Below are positions 58,782 to 64,000 of a stretch of 64,000 bases of DNA, piece by piece. The notes under the pieces were generated by a model that did not search any database, was not told where the DNA came from, and saw only the letters and a program-made list of their open reading frames with translations. Each line of letters begins with the position of its first letter. The first letter of the stretch is position 1. A program made the translations under genes and the position numbers. The DNA is from Eledone cirrhosa (taxonomy: Eukaryota): positions 95,046,001 to 95,110,000 of the forward strand of contig OZ024745.1 in NCBI GenBank assembly GCA_964016885.1, written 5' to 3'.

Positions 58782-59420
58782 GGCGGTGGATTGGCAGTGT
58801 CGGTAGAGGATCGGATACCCTGCTTTGGAACATAGAGTTACGGCCCTTTATGATCTGATTTCAAGTCCCGCCGAGGTTAACTTTGCCTTTCATGCTTACG
58901 GGGTTGATAAAATAAAGTACCAGTCATGCACTGGTGTCGATTTAATCGACTTTCCCATCCCTCAAAATTGCTGGCCTTGTACCTATATATAATAAACTAA
59001 TATTATTGGCGGTGAATTGGCAGTATCAGTAGAGGGTTGGACGCCATGCTTTCTAGCATAGTTACGTCCCTTTACGGTTTGAGTTCAAATCCCGTCGAGG
59101 TTAACTTTGCATTTCATCCTTACGGAGTCGATAAAATAAAGTACCAGTAGTGTACTGGGTAATTGCTGACCGTGTGCCAAAGGTAGAAACAATATTATTG
59201 ACGTTAAAAGGGCGGTGAATTGGCTGAATCAGTAGAGCGTCGGTCACTATGCTTCGCTGAGGCATAAAGTTACGGCCCTTTACGTTCTTGGTTCAAACCC
59301 CGCCGAGGTTAGCTTTGTCTTTCATCCTTACGGGGTCGATAAAATAATGCACGGATAATGCACTGGGGTAGATTTAATCGACTTTTCCCTATCCCCAAAT
59401 TGCTGGCTTTGCTTCTATAG
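58782..59420 (+). mobile_element. Three tandem or nested SINE copies
   Basis: Heads at 58782, 59008 and 59211; tattat(c/t)gacgttaaaag duplicated at ~58764 and ~59193. Confidence 0.85.
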
Positions 59421-59819
59421 CCGACAAATGGAAATAACTCACCTATGTAATACACAACTATATTAAACACAACCACAAGGATATGGTCCGAATGTGGAAG
59501 AGCCGAACTCCCACTGTTATCGCCTCCATCTCTCTCGCCCTCCCCATCTCTCTGTATGGTGAACAAATGGGGCTCCACGTGCTGGCCTCCCCACAGCCCC
59601 GGGGAACAGAATGGATAGTAGAAATCAATATTATTAACGTTAAAGATATTAAAATCAAATTGCATGTAAAGGAATCATTCTGCAGGAATATATTACACAA
59701 AACCTCATAAAACGAATCTTACGTCTACTCCACACTATCTTAATTTCAGAATAAATGAGAAAATCTTATGAATTGTTAATGAATGCCATCAATGTTGGTG
59801 TAAATATTAATACATTCTT

Positions 59820-60247
59820 ACACATATTTTAATACACACATACACATATTTCAATACATACATACACATATTTTAACACATAGATACACATATTTCAACA
59901 CATACATACACATATTTCAACACATACATATACATATTTCAATACACACACACATACATACACATAATTCAATACACACACACATACACATATTCCAACA
60001 CATACATACACATAATTCAATACACACACACACATACACATATTCCAACACATACATACAAATATTTCAATACACACATACACATATTTCAACACACACA
60101 TACATATATTTCAACACACACATACACATATTTCAACACACTTATAGACATATTTCAACACATACATACAGATGTTTCAACACACACACACACGCACACA
60201 TTTCAACATATTTCAGCACACATATACACATATTTCAACATACTTCA

Positions 60248-60280
<33 letters not shown>

Positions 60281-60355
60281 CACACACACACACACACATA
60301 CATACACACACGCACACACACACACACACACATACATACACACACACACACACAC

Positions 60356-60417
<62 letters not shown>

Positions 60418-60435
60418 TTCAATATATTTCAACAA
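59820..60435. repeat. ~22-bp minisatellite (tatttcaacacatacatacaca) grading into (CA)n
   Basis: Seen directly. Confidence 0.85.
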
Positions 60436-62646
60436 GTAAGTAAGGACATATCTATAATCTCATTTTTATTTCTATTTTTGTTCATATTATATATCATCTT
60501 ATTATTCCAGGCCCTCTAAAATTTTAAATAAATGATAGAATATATTTCGTTGAACTACACCATTTAATGTAAACACCAATTAACACTTATAGACATTCAC
60601 ATACAGCATTCACATACACATACCCTCTTGTTTCTTAAATACTATATTTATTTTGTCTTAAATGTGTATTTTCACAAAAAATATCTTCAGTTTTCACAAA
60701 AGGTAAATGTAAAAATGTCACTAGAGTTTACGCTATTAATACACTGAAGCTGTCTTAATTGTCTTTACGTATTTAGTTTGACTTCATCTAGTCTATCAAG
60801 AATATCATTAGGAGACTTAATGAAACGTACATAATAGAACTAATGACTAATTGATGAAATGCATCTAATTTGTTGTGACAGTCGACTCTATTAGCAACAT
60901 TGTGTGAGAATAAATAAATATTGGTTGAATACACTATTAATTTATTTCTTGAAATTTAGTTGATTCTTTGTGTGAACATTTCCAGTTAAATCTTTTTCTG
61001 TAACAACATTTAATATTTTACTAGAAATATACCAGACGATGGAACATTGTATAATTAATACGGCTGGTGGTGATCATCTATTAAACACAAAGGCTATTTG
61101 ACAACAGCTTCAATCGTATAAACTATTAATATAATATTCATGTTAGATAACTATTATTTTACATTATTCAGGCGTTTTCGCGACATGTCAACATTCATTG
61201 ATAATTTATTGAGAATAACTCAAATAATTAAAGCATACAAATAGGTGTTTCTCACTTAGTAATGGAATTATTATTAGAAATTGTGTCTAGAGTTTTGGAT
61301 TGCATAACAATAATTCGTCGGTTACTCTTCGTTACCAGCTCGTTGTAGTGATCATAATTAGTGTAACACGTACTGAATGACTTCACGTAACTGTTAATAG
61401 ATTGATCACTGCAAACACAGGACAATATTATAAATAATGAGTACTTGATTATAGTGAACGATTGAATGCAAGGCTTCCTGGGAGCATTAAAGTTGTATAT
61501 ATCTAACAGACACTTCTGAATTTATCACTAAAAGTACTGAAGTCCTTAATACGTAGCACCATTGTTTGTCTTTCTTTTCATTATCATTCATTCCATGTTT
61601 ATTGGAAGGGAGACAAGGAAGTTGTAGTTTGCAAGCCTTTTTAAATAACATTACTAAGTATTTTACTAATATTATAAATATTGTGGAAATAGAATCACTT
61701 CATAAGAAAACGAATTTTGCTGCATGTTTAATTCAATGTAATCTTCTCGTATTTTAATAATCCCACCACCTGAAAAACAACCCTATAAGGCGTTGATAGA
61801 TGGAAGGATCAAATAAATCAATAAAGAAGAATAAAGATATTCATTGTGGTCGGTGACAGTAACTACTTAACACAAGAAAGTTACGTTGGTTTACAGACTT
61901 TCACACAAAGTCTGACAAGAGATAATCTACGCTATAAAGCTTAAACGACATATTTATTTGCTTTCCTTTACAGAATTTGGAGAGTAACATCAATTAGTGT
62001 TAATACTGTTAGCGTTGTCTTAGGAAGCATAGATAATGGTTTAAAAGGATTTCCATTTGTTAAAAGAATGATTAATGTGATTTTGAATATTCTTTAGCAC
62101 GTATTCGTCAGTAGTTATATATCTTAGCCGAATGTTTTGATTGAAGGTAAATAATGTAATATTTGTTCATACATACATTCTTGTCATATACAAGGCTCTA
62201 CTAAAACCAAGCAAATGCGTTACCTGCAATAAATGCTATCAATATACTGTTAAAAGAGGGAGGATGACAACGGCGATATAACGATGTAATTATTTCATTA
62301 TTATATTGGTATTTGTAACATAATCTAACAAACGTAAATTTATATTGAAAGGTATATATTTAAATAGAGACCCTTTTAAAATGGTTGATTTTCTTTTATA
62401 TAATCAGAGGCAGTTTTGGGCGGGTTGGTATCAAATAGGCTAAGTGCTGATGGATCAGACGATAATATAAGGTTTTACAATTGTGAATACACCGTGATTA
62501 TGTATATCAGGAACTGCATTGTCCAATACATTTTTTTATTACGGTAGTATGTCATTCGGGCAAGACTTAGCTGCTATTTGAAGCAAATCACGAGACCTGC
62601 CAATTCGCATTGATGGCGTCACCTTATTCGTAAGATGTCATTGGAA

Positions 62647-62651
<5 letters not shown>

Positions 62652-62733
<82 letters not shown>

Positions 62734-62760
62734 TTTTTCTCTCCCTCTCTCTCTCTCTCA
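62652..62760. repeat. (CT)n microsatellite
   Basis: Seen directly. Confidence 0.92.
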
Positions 62761-63303
62761 GACACACACACATTTTATTTAATTTCTTCAGAGAGATAAT
62801 TATTGGAAGGAACGGTATGAACAATGAATATATTGGGGAAGGTATCACGAGCGAGGAAGTCTTGATACATCCTCTACTTCTTTAACAGTCATCCCTCTTT
62901 CGAAGATAAAACATTCATTTTGCCCTTTCTAATGGCTAGAATATATGCCGCTCGCAACACCTGCATATAGATATACATACATAAGCATTATCATTATAAA
63001 TATTTCGTATAATTATGTAATTAACTAATACTGATACTAAACTAATATGAAATAGAGAAATGAACATATTTTGAAATGTTGTCATTTCCCGAGTAGGTTT
63101 CTCTTTAAGTATTAATCAATTCTATGTTCCATGTTGCCAATTCTTTACATACCGATTTCATTATAACACAGCATCAGTAAATGACTACCTTCACACTAAT
63201 TGCTTACAATTATCTCCACTGCACTCATAAACATGAACACAAGCACACACACACATACACACACACACGTATAATATATATATATATATATATAATATAT
63301 ATA

Positions 63304-63388
<85 letters not shown>

Positions 63389-64000
63389 TTAAAATTGTAT
63401 CAATATAATGATATCAAATGGTATCAAAACATAATATTCAGCAACATCAACAGTCGAGGCGTATGTGTATTATATACTTATACATTCTTCGGTAACTTTG
63501 CAACTCCAAACAGAATGTTTAACTAGTCTGACAATACACGGAAGCAGTCCCCAGAAAGAAAAAATATTGTTTTGACCAGAGCTTCATTGAAATACCCCTT
63601 TTTTTTAACCTTTTGCTCTGATATGGGGGAACACGTCTGCTATGGATTTTATGGAGCTTCAGAATTGGCAGGTGGATAGGAAAGATGAAACAACAGACAG
63701 AGTTAGTTAAAGGAACACACTGGTTCACATAATGATAATTGTCGTATAGCATTAATAAACACCTTTATATTCAAATCAACAAACAGCGAAAGACGCGTTC
63801 CGGACTTGTCCGACAGACAACCTTTTCCCCCACCCCGGAAAAACCCCCAGTTGATGGATGTGAATCCGAAATATATAGGGACTATTAAATCTCTCCCAAG
63901 GTAACTCTCTCTTGTGTTGTTATTTTTATTTTTATCTTTTATACTCTTCCCTTCATTCTACACATCTCACACATCTTATATACACCATGCATCTCAACGT

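Noticed and set aside
62594-63673. 12-bp inverted pair acctgccaattc/gaattggcaggt as DNA-transposon TIRs
   Set aside because: Too short, and no TSD could be confirmed.

Overview
AT-rich eukaryotic, non-coding, repeat-dominated window with no supportable host gene. The SINE types and (TA)n/(CA)n density suggest an octopod cephalopod (inference). Nearly all ORF-track hits are microsatellite translations. Real coding remnants belong to retroelements: a frameshifted Penelope-like element (RT + GIY-YIG, Naiad-like) between ~0.9-kb inverted terminal repeats (16.2-20.6 kb), a second PLE endonuclease fragment (46.8-47.4 kb), a nearly complete R4/Dong-clade LINE in (TAA)n (53.8-57.4 kb), and RTE, CRE-like and R4 fragments. 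There are also about 20 tRNA-derived SINEs and Tigger, hAT and Helitron derivatives. The main hidden signal is RNA structure: roughly ten distinct families of type I hammerhead ribozyme (HHR) motifs, read by eye on both strands. They include a 310-bp tandem array with 11 HHR copies in two head-to-head arms inserted in (TA)n (34.5-38.1 kb), a 421/448-bp HHR tandem family, and U3-A8 core variants. Together this looks like a non-LTR retrozyme / Penelope-like element system targeting (TA)n. Activity is inferred, not shown.
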